64,000 nt of DNA. Origin: Clostridiales bacterium (GTDB lineage Bacteria > Bacillota > Clostridia > Christensenellales > Borkfalkiaceae). Under the pieces are notes generated by a model. That model ran no database searches. It saw only the letters and a list, made by a program, of their open reading frames with translations, and was not told the DNA's origin. Below are positions 55,857 to 64,000 of the stretch, in pieces; position 1 is the stretch's first letter; each line of letters starts with the position of its first letter. The stretch spans positions 13,257 to 77,256 of the forward strand of contig SVHJ01000003.1 of NCBI GenBank assembly GCA_015055835.1, in the 5' to 3' direction. Position numbers and translations under genes: made by a program.

Positions 55857-57303
55857 CTTTTTTAGTTAAACTTTTTATGCTTGATAAAAGCAAGTTTCTA
55901 CCTTTTAACTTAAATACTTTTGAAAATACAAAGTAGAAAATTACGCCAACTATAATTTGTAAAATCATAACTAAATAATATGCCATTGGTATAAATGAAA
56001 TAAGGACTAATAAAGCACTCATAACGAAAGAAAGTAATAGGCTTGGCACAAAATCTTTTAACTGTTCTATTACTTTATATCCTATATATTTTTGGTTTAA
56101 TATTAGGTTAAATATTAGGTTTATAAAAGCAACTATCATTGATGAAAGGGCAATATATATAACCCCAAACCAAAGGGAAACTAAAAGGGCCACTAAGCCT
56201 ATACCCTTTTTTATTAAATCTACTATTAAAAAGGCTTTGCCGTCTTCTACTTTTAATATTTGTCTTGTTATAGCGTGTATTGGCGAAAACAAAGCAACAG
56301 TTAAATAAATATATAAAAATGGTAATGCAAATAACCACTTTTCAGTAAGCACAAGTTTTATAAAAGATTCGCCTATAACTGCAAAGCCTAATATGCAAGG
56401 AAAAAGAATAAAACTCATTAAAATCAGCATTTTTCTCGCTTCTTTTTTTAATCTTTCTTTAGAGTTTGAAATTGATGAAAAGGCTGGAAATAATACCCCT
56501 GCAAGCGCACCGTTTACGTTAGTTGCTAGTAGCCTTGGGTATTTTTTGCCTTGGTTATAATAAGATAATTCTGCTAAAGTGTATTTACTACCTATAATTA
56601 GTTCCCTTAATTTTTCGTATATGGTATCAATTAAACCTACTAAAAAATATTTATATGCTATTAAACTTAATTCTTTTAGTCTTGAAAAAGAAAAGGTTAG
56701 TTTTGGTAACCATTTAGATAAAATAAATAAAAATATCATATCTACAAAAGAATTGGTTAAACTTTGAACAACTAGCGCCCATACGCCATAGCCTTTTAGT
56801 GCCATAGTTATACCAACAACACCTGAAAGAATAGTTCCAACTAAACTTATATAAAAGAATTTTTTAAACTCTAGTTTTTTTGATATTATACTGCTTTGCA
56901 CGCTACTAAGCGCTAATATTGGTATTCTTAAAGCAATTACCCTTATTACAACAGTTAAAAGTTCAATGTTTTTTGTGTTAAAAAACGAGGCAAAAACTGG
57001 CGCTAAAAAGAAAATTACAAAATAAAAAAATACCGAAAGGGCTACCTCTGTATAAAATACGGTAGAGTAGTCAACGTCGTCGGTATTTTGCTTTCTTATT
57101 AACGCTTGGTTTAAACCGTGATTAAAAAATATGCTGAAAAAAGCAATAAAAATAGAGCATATTACTACTACACCATAGTCTTCAGGTAAAAGAATTCTTG
57201 CTAAAATGATAGAAACGACTAACGCTATTAGTTCCGTTCCTATCTTTTCAAAGAATTTCCAAAATATTCCTTTGCCCATTTTTTTGCTTAAGCTTTCAGC
57301 CAT
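55843..57303 (-). CDS. Wzx-type polysaccharide/oligosaccharide flippase (MOP superfamily)
   Basis: The 486-aa protein has about 12-14 TM helices, and the N-terminus (GIFWKFFEKIGTELIALVVSIILARILLPEDYGVV) is typical of Wzx/PST flippases. Confidence 0.7.
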   Translation of the reverse strand: MAESLSKKMGKGIFWKFFEKIGTELIALVVSIILARILLPEDYGVVVICSIFIAFFSIFFNHGLNQALIRKQNTDDVDYSTVFYTEVALSVFFYFVIFFLAPVFASFFNTKNIELLTVVIRVIALRIPILALSSVQSSIISKKLEFKKFFYISLVGTILSGVVGITMALKGYGVWALVVQSLTNSFVDMIFLFILSKWLPKLTFSFSRLKELSLIAYKYFLVGLIDTIYEKLRELIIGSKYTLAELSYYNQGKKYPRLLATNVNGALAGVLFPAFSSISNSKERLKKEARKMLILMSFILFPCILGFAVIGESFIKLVLTEKWLFALPFLYIYLTVALFSPIHAITRQILKVEDGKAFLIVDLIKKGIGLVALLVSLWFGVIYIALSSMIVAFINLIFNLILNQKYIGYKVIEQLKDFVPSLLLSFVMSALLVLISFIPMAYYLVMILQIIVGVIFYFVFSKVFKLKGRNLLLSSIKSLTKKDAKN

Positions 57304-57309
57304 CTTTTA

Positions 57310-59205
57310 TTATTTTCTCCTATCGATAACGTAGGTTGGAACAAGTTCTTTAACTAAATCTTTCATCTTGTCCGTTTCTTTATACGCTTCTAAAAGAAGT
57401 TCATCTATGTTCATAAACAACTTTTCTTCGTCAAGTTCAATAGGCTTTCCTATATGAATACGCTTGTTTGCAGTTTCTTTTAACCCTTCTTCTGCCATTA
57501 AAAGTTCTTCATAAAGTTTTTCGCCTGGTCTTAGACCGGTTACTTCTATCATAATATCTACGTTAGGTTCATAACCAGATAGTCTAATTAAATTTTCAGC
57601 CATATCGTAAATTCTAACTGGCTTACCCATATCTAAAACGAAAATTTCGCCACCTTGAGCATACGCCCCTGCTTGTAAAACTAATGACACGGCTTCAGGT
57701 ATCGTCATAAAAAATCTAGTAATATCTTTATGTGTTACCGTAACTGGACCACCTTCTGCAATTTGTTTTTTAAATAGTGGTATAACTGAACCGTTTGAGC
57801 CTAAAACGTTACCAAATCTTACGGCAACAAATTCCGTTTGACTTTTTTTGTTCATTTGTTGAACTATCATTTCACAAATACGCTTAGTTGCGCCCATTAT
57901 GTTGGTTGGATTAACTGCTTTATCTGTAGAAATTAATACCATTCTTTTTACGCCGTATTTATCTGCTGCCATCGCTACGTTTAATGTACCACCAACGTTG
58001 TTTTTTACCGCTTCGTTAGGGCTTGTTTCCATTAAAGGCACGTGCTTATGCGCTGCAGCGTGGAAAATTATGTTAGGTCTATATTTGTCAAATATATCGT
58101 TTATTCTTTTTTGGTCACGAACACTTGCAATTAATACTTCTAAATTAAGGTCGGGACATCTTCTTTTTAATTCTTGCGCTATTTCGTAAGTAGTATTTTC
58201 ATAAATATCTAAAATTATAAGTTGTTTTGGGTTTCTTTTTGCTATTTGACGGCAAAGTTCGCTACCGATTGAGCCACCACCACCCGTTACCATAACAACT
58301 TGGTTTTCTATGTAAGTCATAATTTCTTTTAGGTTTACTTTAGTTTCTTCTCTACCTAAAAGGTCAACTACTGAAACGTCTTTCATTGCTGAAATCATGG
58401 CTTCGCCACTTATAAGTTCGTGCGTGCTTGGAAGAGTTTTTACCTTACAACCCGTCTTTTGACATTGTTTAATTAGTTCCCCAAGTTTCTTTTTATTACT
58501 TGACGGTATGGCTATAAAAATTTGGTCAGCATTATAAATTGAAACGAATTTTTGTATATCCTTTGACGTTCCAACAACTTTTACGCCGTGTATATTTAAC
58601 CCTATTTTACTGTCGTTATCATCTAAAATACAAACTGGTGTTACGTTGATTTTGTTTGAAGACTGAATTTCTTCAACTAGTTTACTTCCGGCTTGTCCTG
58701 CGCCGATAATTATTGCTTTTTGCTTTCTTTCTACCTTTTTTTCTTTGCCAAAATAAAGGTTATACGCTCTAAAAGAAAATCTAAAAATTAGTATTACCGG
58801 TAAAGATATTACTGAAAAACAAACTGCCCATCTAACAGGTATTCCATCAATTATTCCTGCTAATATAACGATTATACTCATCACTATAAACAACGTTATA
58901 GAGATTTTTATTGCGTCTTTTACCCCTAAATATTTTAGATAACTTGAATATACACCCGTTAGCAAGAATGCCCCAACAAGTAATACTGCCGTTAAAATTA
59001 ATAACCATTTTAGCATATTCATTGACGTAGCAAGATAGTAAAAAGGTACGCCAACAATGAGGCAAGACACCCCTGCTACCACTAAAATAGTTAATAAATC
59101 AAATAATATCAAACCTATTATTTTTAATACGTTGTAGTTCTTAGTTTTTTCCATACATAAAAACCATTCCTTTTTTCTCTTAAAATTTATTTTATCATAA
59201 AACAT
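57310..59205 (-). CDS. Membrane-anchored nucleotide-sugar 4,6-dehydratase/epimerase (CapD/WbpM/PglF family)
   Basis: N-terminal TM helices and two Rossmann motifs (IIGAGQAGS; VTGGGGSIGSEL). The catalytic region STDKAVNPTNIMGATKR is present. An alternative start is the ATG at 59152-59154. Confidence 0.8.
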   Translation of the reverse strand: MFYDKINFKRKKEWFLCMEKTKNYNVLKIIGLILFDLLTILVVAGVSCLIVGVPFYYLATSMNMLKWLLILTAVLLVGAFLLTGVYSSYLKYLGVKDAIKISITLFIVMSIIVILAGIIDGIPVRWAVCFSVISLPVILIFRFSFRAYNLYFGKEKKVERKQKAIIIGAGQAGSKLVEEIQSSNKINVTPVCILDDNDSKIGLNIHGVKVVGTSKDIQKFVSIYNADQIFIAIPSSNKKKLGELIKQCQKTGCKVKTLPSTHELISGEAMISAMKDVSVVDLLGREETKVNLKEIMTYIENQVVMVTGGGGSIGSELCRQIAKRNPKQLIILDIYENTTYEIAQELKRRCPDLNLEVLIASVRDQKRINDIFDKYRPNIIFHAAAHKHVPLMETSPNEAVKNNVGGTLNVAMAADKYGVKRMVLISTDKAVNPTNIMGATKRICEMIVQQMNKKSQTEFVAVRFGNVLGSNGSVIPLFKKQIAEGGPVTVTHKDITRFFMTIPEAVSLVLQAGAYAQGGEIFVLDMGKPVRIYDMAENLIRLSGYEPNVDIMIEVTGLRPGEKLYEELLMAEEGLKETANKRIHIGKPIELDEEKLFMNIDELLLEAYKETDKMKDLVKELVPTYVIDRRK

Positions 59206-59227
59206 TTAACTTTTCAATATTTAAAAT

Positions 59228-59258
59228 AAATAAAACCCACCGTTTTAGTGGGTTTTAT
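59228..59258 (-). terminator. Rho-independent terminator after thrS
   Basis: Minus-strand RNA has AAAACCCAC-TAAAACG-GTGGGTTTT followed by ATTTATTTT. Confidence 0.65.
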
Positions 59259-59264
59259 TAAAAA

Positions 59265-61193
59265 TTAAACTCTTTTTTCTCTATCTTCTTGAGCTAATTT
59301 GTCGTAAATTTCCTTTCTTTCCATTGAACCAAGTTCGCCATCTTTTCTACTTCTTACGGCAACCGTTCCGTCTTCAACTTCTTTATCACCAACTACGAAC
59401 ATATAAGGAACTTTATTTAATCTTGCTTCTCTAATCTTATAACCGATTTTTTCCTTTCTATGGTCAACTTCTGCACGAAGTCCTAAACGAGTTAGTTCTT
59501 CTTTAATTTGGTCAGCGTAATCAGCACTTCTGTCAGTTACTGGAAGTATCATAACTTGCGTTGGGCTCATCCATAATGGGAATGCGCCACTATACTTTTC
59601 AATAAGCATTGCAAGCGTTCTTTCATAACAACCGATTGAACTTCTGTGGATAACGAAAGGATATTGTTTTTCACCGTTTTCATCAACGTAAGTCATACCA
59701 AAACTTCTACCAGCAGCAAAGTCTAATTGAATTGTGATAATCGTATCTTCCTTGCCGTAAACGTTCTTTGCTTGAATATCAAGTTTTGGTCCGTAGAAAG
59801 CCGCTTCGTCATCTGCTTCAACGTAGTCAAGACCGATATTATCTAAAATCTTTTTCATTAATGCTTCAGTTTCGTCCCAAGCTTTGTCGTTATCAATATA
59901 CTTTTCTTTATTGTCGCCACGCTTACTAAATCTAAATGATACGTCTTCTTTTAAGCCTAAACATTCTAAGAAATAGTAACTTAAGTCTAAACACTTTTTG
60001 AATTCTCCTTCGATTTGTTCAGGAGTACAAACGATATGTCCATCAGATAAAGTAAATTGTCTTACTCTAATAAGCCCATGCATTTCGCCACTTGCTTCCT
60101 TTCTAAATAAGGTAGCAGTTTCACTATATCTGCAAGGTAAATCTCTATAACTCTTTAGACCGTTTTTATAAATTTGGTATTGGAAAGGACAAGTCATTGG
60201 GCGAAGGGCTAATACGTCTGGAGCGTTTTCATCACCGATAATAAACATCTTATCTCTATAATGATCCCAGTGACCTGAAATTTTATATAGGTCGCTTTTT
60301 GCCATATAAGGGGTTTTAGTTATCATAAAACCTCTTTTTTCTTCTTCATCTTCTACAAATCTAGATAAAATTTGTAGTATTTTTGCACCTTTTGGCATTA
60401 AAATAGGTAAACCTTGTCCAACGGTATCTTCAGTCATAAAGATGCCTAAATCTCTACCTAATTTATTATGGTCTCTTTTCTTATCTTCTTCAACCTTTAA
60501 TAAGTATGCCTCTAAATCAGCCTTTTTATAAAATGCTGTACCATAAATACGGGTAAGCATCTTGTTCTTTTCATCCCCTCTCCAGTATGCGCCTGTTATT
60601 GAAGTTAACTTAAACGCTTTAATTAAACCTGTTGATGGAAGATGTGGTCCTCTACATAAATCAACGAAGTCCCCTTGCTTATAGAAAGAAATTTCTTCCC
60701 CTTCAGGAAGGGTTTTTATTAGTTCCTTTTTATAAGGTTCTTTAAAGTTGTCCATTAACTTTAAAGCATCCTTTCTTTCTAGGGTAAATCTTTCAATAGG
60801 TAAATCGCCTTTTATAATATCGTTCATTTCCTTTTCGATTTTTGCTAAATCTTCTTCCTTTATAGGCGTTTTAAATTCAAAGTCATAGTAAAAACCGTTT
60901 TCAATAGTTGGTCCGATTGCTAATTTACAAGTAGGATAAATATTCTTTACTGCTTGCGCTAAAACGTGTGAAGTTGTGTGTCTATACACGTCTAAACCTT
61001 CAGCATCTTTGTTAGTGATAATTTGTAGTTTGCAGTCTTTAGTAATTTCATAAGATAGGTCAACAAGTTCCCCGTCAACTCTAGCACAAATAGCATTTCT
61101 AAAAAGACCTTCGCTTATGTCTTTTGCTACCTTTCCTGCCGTTACCTTTTCGCTGTATTCTAATTTTGAGCCGTCTAATAGTAAAATTTCCAT
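59265..61193 (-). CDS. thrS: Threonine--tRNA ligase
   Basis: TGS domain at the N-terminus, HTTSHVLAQAV editing-domain motif, and class II motifs (FRKEASGEMHGLIRVRQFTLSDGH). 642 aa. Preceded by a Thr-specific T-box. Confidence 0.95.
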   Translation of the reverse strand: MEILLLDGSKLEYSEKVTAGKVAKDISEGLFRNAICARVDGELVDLSYEITKDCKLQIITNKDAEGLDVYRHTTSHVLAQAVKNIYPTCKLAIGPTIENGFYYDFEFKTPIKEEDLAKIEKEMNDIIKGDLPIERFTLERKDALKLMDNFKEPYKKELIKTLPEGEEISFYKQGDFVDLCRGPHLPSTGLIKAFKLTSITGAYWRGDEKNKMLTRIYGTAFYKKADLEAYLLKVEEDKKRDHNKLGRDLGIFMTEDTVGQGLPILMPKGAKILQILSRFVEDEEEKRGFMITKTPYMAKSDLYKISGHWDHYRDKMFIIGDENAPDVLALRPMTCPFQYQIYKNGLKSYRDLPCRYSETATLFRKEASGEMHGLIRVRQFTLSDGHIVCTPEQIEGEFKKCLDLSYYFLECLGLKEDVSFRFSKRGDNKEKYIDNDKAWDETEALMKKILDNIGLDYVEADDEAAFYGPKLDIQAKNVYGKEDTIITIQLDFAAGRSFGMTYVDENGEKQYPFVIHRSSIGCYERTLAMLIEKYSGAFPLWMSPTQVMILPVTDRSADYADQIKEELTRLGLRAEVDHRKEKIGYKIREARLNKVPYMFVVGDKEVEDGTVAVRSRKDGELGSMERKEIYDKLAQEDREKRV

Positions 61194-61202
61194 ATACTTC
61201 TC

Positions 61203-61435
61203 CTTATAAAAAAAAAGCCCTTAAACTTTGATAGTTTAAGGACGAATAAATCCGTGGTTCCACCTTAATTGCCAAAAATTTGGCCACTTTAGTAGGTTTT
61301 TTATAGTTAAAACCATAAAACTTGCCGATATTTAAGTGGTTTCATAAAAAAGGTTTTATAAGGTCACACCAACCCCTTACTCTCTGAAAAAACTTGATTT
61401 TTACTACTTGTCTTAAACCGTTTGGCTTATTTATT
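61203..61435 (-). promoter_or_regulatory. T-box riboswitch leader with ACC (Thr) specifier, controlling thrS
   Basis: Minus-strand RNA shows the stem I AGAGAG...GGTTGGTGTGA elements and a specifier loop ATGAA-ACC-ACT (ACC is the rc of 61338-61340). The T-box sequence AATTAAGGTGGAACCACGG is at 61252-61270. The terminator GTCCTTAAAC...GTTTAAGGGC plus T9 is at 61208-61243. Confidence 0.85.
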
Positions 61436-61441
61436 TATTAC

Positions 61442-61470
61442 ATAATATACCCTAAAACCCTTTTTGTCAA
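61442..61470 (-). promoter_or_regulatory. Sigma-A promoter of the T-box-thrS transcript
   Basis: Minus strand: TTGACA (61465-61470), 17-nt spacer, TATTAT (61442-61447). The -35 element overlaps the ytxC-like stop codon. Confidence 0.55.
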
Positions 61471-62186
61471 GTGGTTTTCGACATTAAAACTTTATCGCCG
61501 TAATATTCCATTAAATAAAATTCATCAGTCTTTGGTAGGTTACCGTTTAACTCAATTAAACCACAACCACTTAAAATTATTTCTCTAATTATTTTACCTT
61601 CTAAAAAACTTTCGTCCATAAGTTCTCCCCTTTTTTGTGGGCGAAATCGTACGTCGTAAACCCTACCCATATCTACGTAAATTTTTCTTTTTCTGCCGTC
61701 TATTAAATAGGTTATAAACTCTTTTAACTGTTCTTTTGAAAAGTAACTTGGAATATATGAAACAATCTCTTCCCACTTATTTTTAAGTAGTTTTAACTTA
61801 AAATTATATATGCCGTCTATTGCTATCTCCGTTTGTTTTTTATACCTTTCTATAACGTATTTTTTGTCTTCTTCTAGGTCTGCTGCAATTAAGGAGGCAA
61901 AAAGTAGTTCCCTCTCAACTTCTGTTAAGCCGTTTACTACTATTTTTTTCTTAAAATAGTCGTATTTATAATTTATAACAATTACGTCCCCTACTTTATC
62001 AAATACTTCTGATTTTATTATTTCACTATAAAAATCAGGTACTAAAATTTCTAGTTTTCCCCTTTGTTCACTTTCCGAAAGATAAAATGATGATTCCGTT
62101 TGATTAAACGTTTCCCTTAAGGTAGAAAGTATATAATTTAGGTTTTTAGAGTTTTCACTCCTTTCAGTTATCACTATTTTAGTCAT
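61467..62186 (-). CDS. ytxC: YtxC-like putative sporulation protein
   Basis: The 239-aa soluble protein has no enzyme motif I recognise. The call rests mainly on the conserved Firmicute position immediately upstream of thrS, as with B. subtilis ytxC-thrS. Confidence 0.4.
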   Translation of the reverse strand: MTKIVITERSENSKNLNYILSTLRETFNQTESSFYLSESEQRGKLEILVPDFYSEIIKSEVFDKVGDVIVINYKYDYFKKKIVVNGLTEVERELLFASLIAADLEEDKKYVIERYKKQTEIAIDGIYNFKLKLLKNKWEEIVSYIPSYFSKEQLKEFITYLIDGRKRKIYVDMGRVYDVRFRPQKRGELMDESFLEGKIIREIILSGCGLIELNGNLPKTDEFYLMEYYGDKVLMSKTT

Positions 62187-62191
62187 ATTTT

Positions 62192-64000
62192 TTAGTTTAC
62201 GCCAATTCTCCTGCTTTTATTTATTCTTTTTTTTAAAATAAATTTATAAATCTCCGAAATAACTATTATCAAAAAAGTTAACGCCACTATCTTTAGCCAA
62301 TCAATAAGTGGTAACGGCGTAATTGAAAAGGGTTTATTTAAAAACTCAACGATTACAACGTGCATTATAAAGGTTAAGAAAAAAACTATTAACATTGGCT
62401 TGTTCTTTTTTACACTTTTAAATACGCTTTCAAGTCCTAACTCTCTACTATTAAATGCGTTAAACAGTTGAAATAGTACAAAGATTGTAAACAATGCTGA
62501 AGAAGTATTTGCACTTTCAATTTTTAAAAAATTAAAGGTTTGTTGAAGTAATAATACTGCAGAAATAAACACCCCGTTTACACCTATTTTAAAAAGCATT
62601 TTCTTACTACAAATACTGCTATCTTTTTTGATAGGCGTTTTATCCATTAAACTACTTCTTGCCCCCTCTAACCCCAAAGTTAAGGCAGGTGGCCCGTCCA
62701 TTATTATATTTATCCATAATAGTTCTAAAGTATTAAAAGGGCTGACGCCTGTTATTAAAAGAGATAAGGTTATAAATAAAACGGCTGAAAGGTTTACCGA
62801 AAGTTGAAATAGTATAAATCGTTGTAAGTTTTCATAAACGTTTCTGCCAAACGATACGGCTTTTACTATGGTTGCAAATGAATTATCTAAAAGTATTACG
62901 TCGCTTGCTTCTTTCGTAATTTCCGTACCAGTTTCCATTGAAATACCGACGTCGGCTTGTTTTATTGCAGGAGCGTCGTTTATGCCGTCGCCAGTTACGG
63001 CAACAACCTTTCCTAATTCTTTATATGCTTTTACAATTTTTAACTTTGTTAAAGGGGTACTTCTTGCAACTACCGATAGTTTTGGTAAAACTTTTTTCAA
63101 CTCTTTATCCGTTAAGTTGTCAATTTTATCCCCTGTTAAAAGATAGTCCCCCTTTTTTACTATATTAAGTTCTTTTGCGATATTAGTGGCTGTTAAAAGA
63201 TTGTCGCCAGTTAACATTACCACCTTTATACCTGCTTTTTGGCAGTCTTTTACAGCCTTAAACGCCTCTTTCCTAATTTTATCGTCTAAAACAGCGTAGC
63301 CGTCGAAAACGTAGTCGTTATCTTTATGTAAAAAACAAATTACACGCTTGCCTTTTTCTTCATAACCTTCAATTTGTTTTAATATCTCTTCTTTACCATC
63401 TTTTATAAGGTTAATACAAACTTCTGGCGCGCCTTTTATTAACGACCTACTACTGCCGTTATAACTTATATCGGTAGCCATTTTTTTAACGCTACTATCA
63501 AACGGCTCAACCTTTAAAACTTTGTATTTTTCCCTTAACTCTTTTACCTTACCTTTAGAGTTTATATATCCTTTAAGTAAGGCAACTTCAGTACCACTAC
63601 CTGTTACCTCTTGCTTTTTACCTTTAATTACTATTTCTGCGCTAGAATTTATAACGGCGTTTTGCCAAATAGCCTCCTCTCCGTCAACCTTGTTTACTAT
63701 TACAACCTTTTCAAGCGTCATTTTATTTTCCGTTAGCGTTCCTGTTTTATCAGAACATATAACGTTTATTGCGCCCATCGTTTCTACTGCTGAAAGTTTT
63801 TTAATTAGTGCGTTTTCTTTTGCTAACTTTATCATATTAAGCGCTAGCGACAACGCAACTATCGTCGGTAAGCCTTCAGGAACGGCGGCAACTATCAAAA
63901 TTATGCTTGAAACAACGGCGCTTTGAATACTATTAAAGGTAAAATTGTTTGAAAGGGCTAGTTTTACTATATTTATTACTAAAATAACTACTGAAAAAAT
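62192..64000 (-). CDS. P-type Ca2+/cation-transporting ATPase (C-terminal ~600 aa; the gene continues beyond the window end)
   Basis: AAVPEGLP, the phosphorylation site CSDKTGTLTEN, MLTGDN, VAVTGDGINDAPAIKQADVG, and C-terminal TM helices. The reading frame stays open from 63898 to 64000 (..NSIQSAVVSSIILIVAAVPEGLP), so the track's TTG start is not the true start. Confidence 0.85.
   Translation of the reverse strand: MFSVVILVINIVKLALSNNFTFNSIQSAVVSSIILIVAAVPEGLPTIVALSLALNMIKLAKENALIKKLSAVETMGAINVICSDKTGTLTENKMTLEKVVIVNKVDGEEAIWQNAVINSSAEIVIKGKKQEVTGSGTEVALLKGYINSKGKVKELREKYKVLKVEPFDSSVKKMATDISYNGSSRSLIKGAPEVCINLIKDGKEEILKQIEGYEEKGKRVICFLHKDNDYVFDGYAVLDDKIRKEAFKAVKDCQKAGIKVVMLTGDNLLTATNIAKELNIVKKGDYLLTGDKIDNLTDKELKKVLPKLSVVARSTPLTKLKIVKAYKELGKVVAVTGDGINDAPAIKQADVGISMETGTEITKEASDVILLDNSFATIVKAVSFGRNVYENLQRFILFQLSVNLSAVLFITLSLLITGVSPFNTLELLWINIIMDGPPALTLGLEGARSSLMDKTPIKKDSSICSKKMLFKIGVNGVFISAVLLLQQTFNFLKIESANTSSALFTIFVLFQLFNAFNSRELGLESVFKSVKKNKPMLIVFFLTFIMHVVIVEFLNKPFSITPLPLIDWLKIVALTFLIIVISEIYKFILKKRINKSRRIGVN

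Noticed and set aside
61394-61588. A 64-aa plus-strand ORF in the track.
   Set aside because: It lies antisense to the T-box leader, the thrS promoter and the ytxC-like 3' end. It has no SD, and the region is fully explained by those features.
1-64000. CRISPR arrays, transposases or IS elements, integrases, prophage genes, toxin-antitoxin pairs, restriction-modification or other recognisable defence systems, and rRNA/tRNA genes.
   Set aside because: No regularly spaced repeats and no ORF with transposase, integrase, phage or defence-type motifs were found. The intergenic regions are short and are explained by promoters, terminators and one T-box. The only tandem repeats are 2 x 21 bp (6433-6474) and 2 x 10 bp (37315-37334).

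Overview
This is an AT-rich, densely packed chromosomal segment with about 58 protein genes, roughly 80% on the minus strand. It reads as core genome of a low-GC, anaerobic, spore-forming Firmicute (Clostridia-like). Conserved syntenic blocks recognised from the translations are: pgk; mrnC-rlmB-sigH; dnaX-ybaB-recR; tig-clpP-clpX; nrdR; addB-addA; maf-mreB-like-minD-minE; trmL and dusB; murG; gpsA; ytxC-like followed by T-box-thrS; and a large electron-bifurcating [FeFe]-hydrogenase operon (hydC ... hydB-hydA). I found no rRNA, tRNA, CRISPR array, transposase, integrase or phage genes, so the window is mostly housekeeping. Six things deserve a second look. (1) Seven genes (DRTGG, GHKL ATPase, HydA-like Fe-S protein, DRTGG, PHP, GHKL ATPase, [2Fe-2S]) sit inside the hydrogenase operon and look like a split H2/redox-sensing module. 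(2) One gene of that module carries an in-frame TGA, although TGA is a normal stop elsewhere in the window. (3) HydA has non-canonical H-cluster motifs (TSCSPGW and MCCPGGC). (4) A perfect 8+8 bp palindrome plus an extra half-site sits over the hyd promoter. (5) Three tandem paralogous SGNH/GDSL lipoproteins are present, and a perfect 21-bp tandem repeat lies upstream of the third one's promoter. (6) Several large surface proteins of unknown function appear to be anchored at both ends. All family calls come from motif recognition by eye in the supplied translations. No database search or computation was run.
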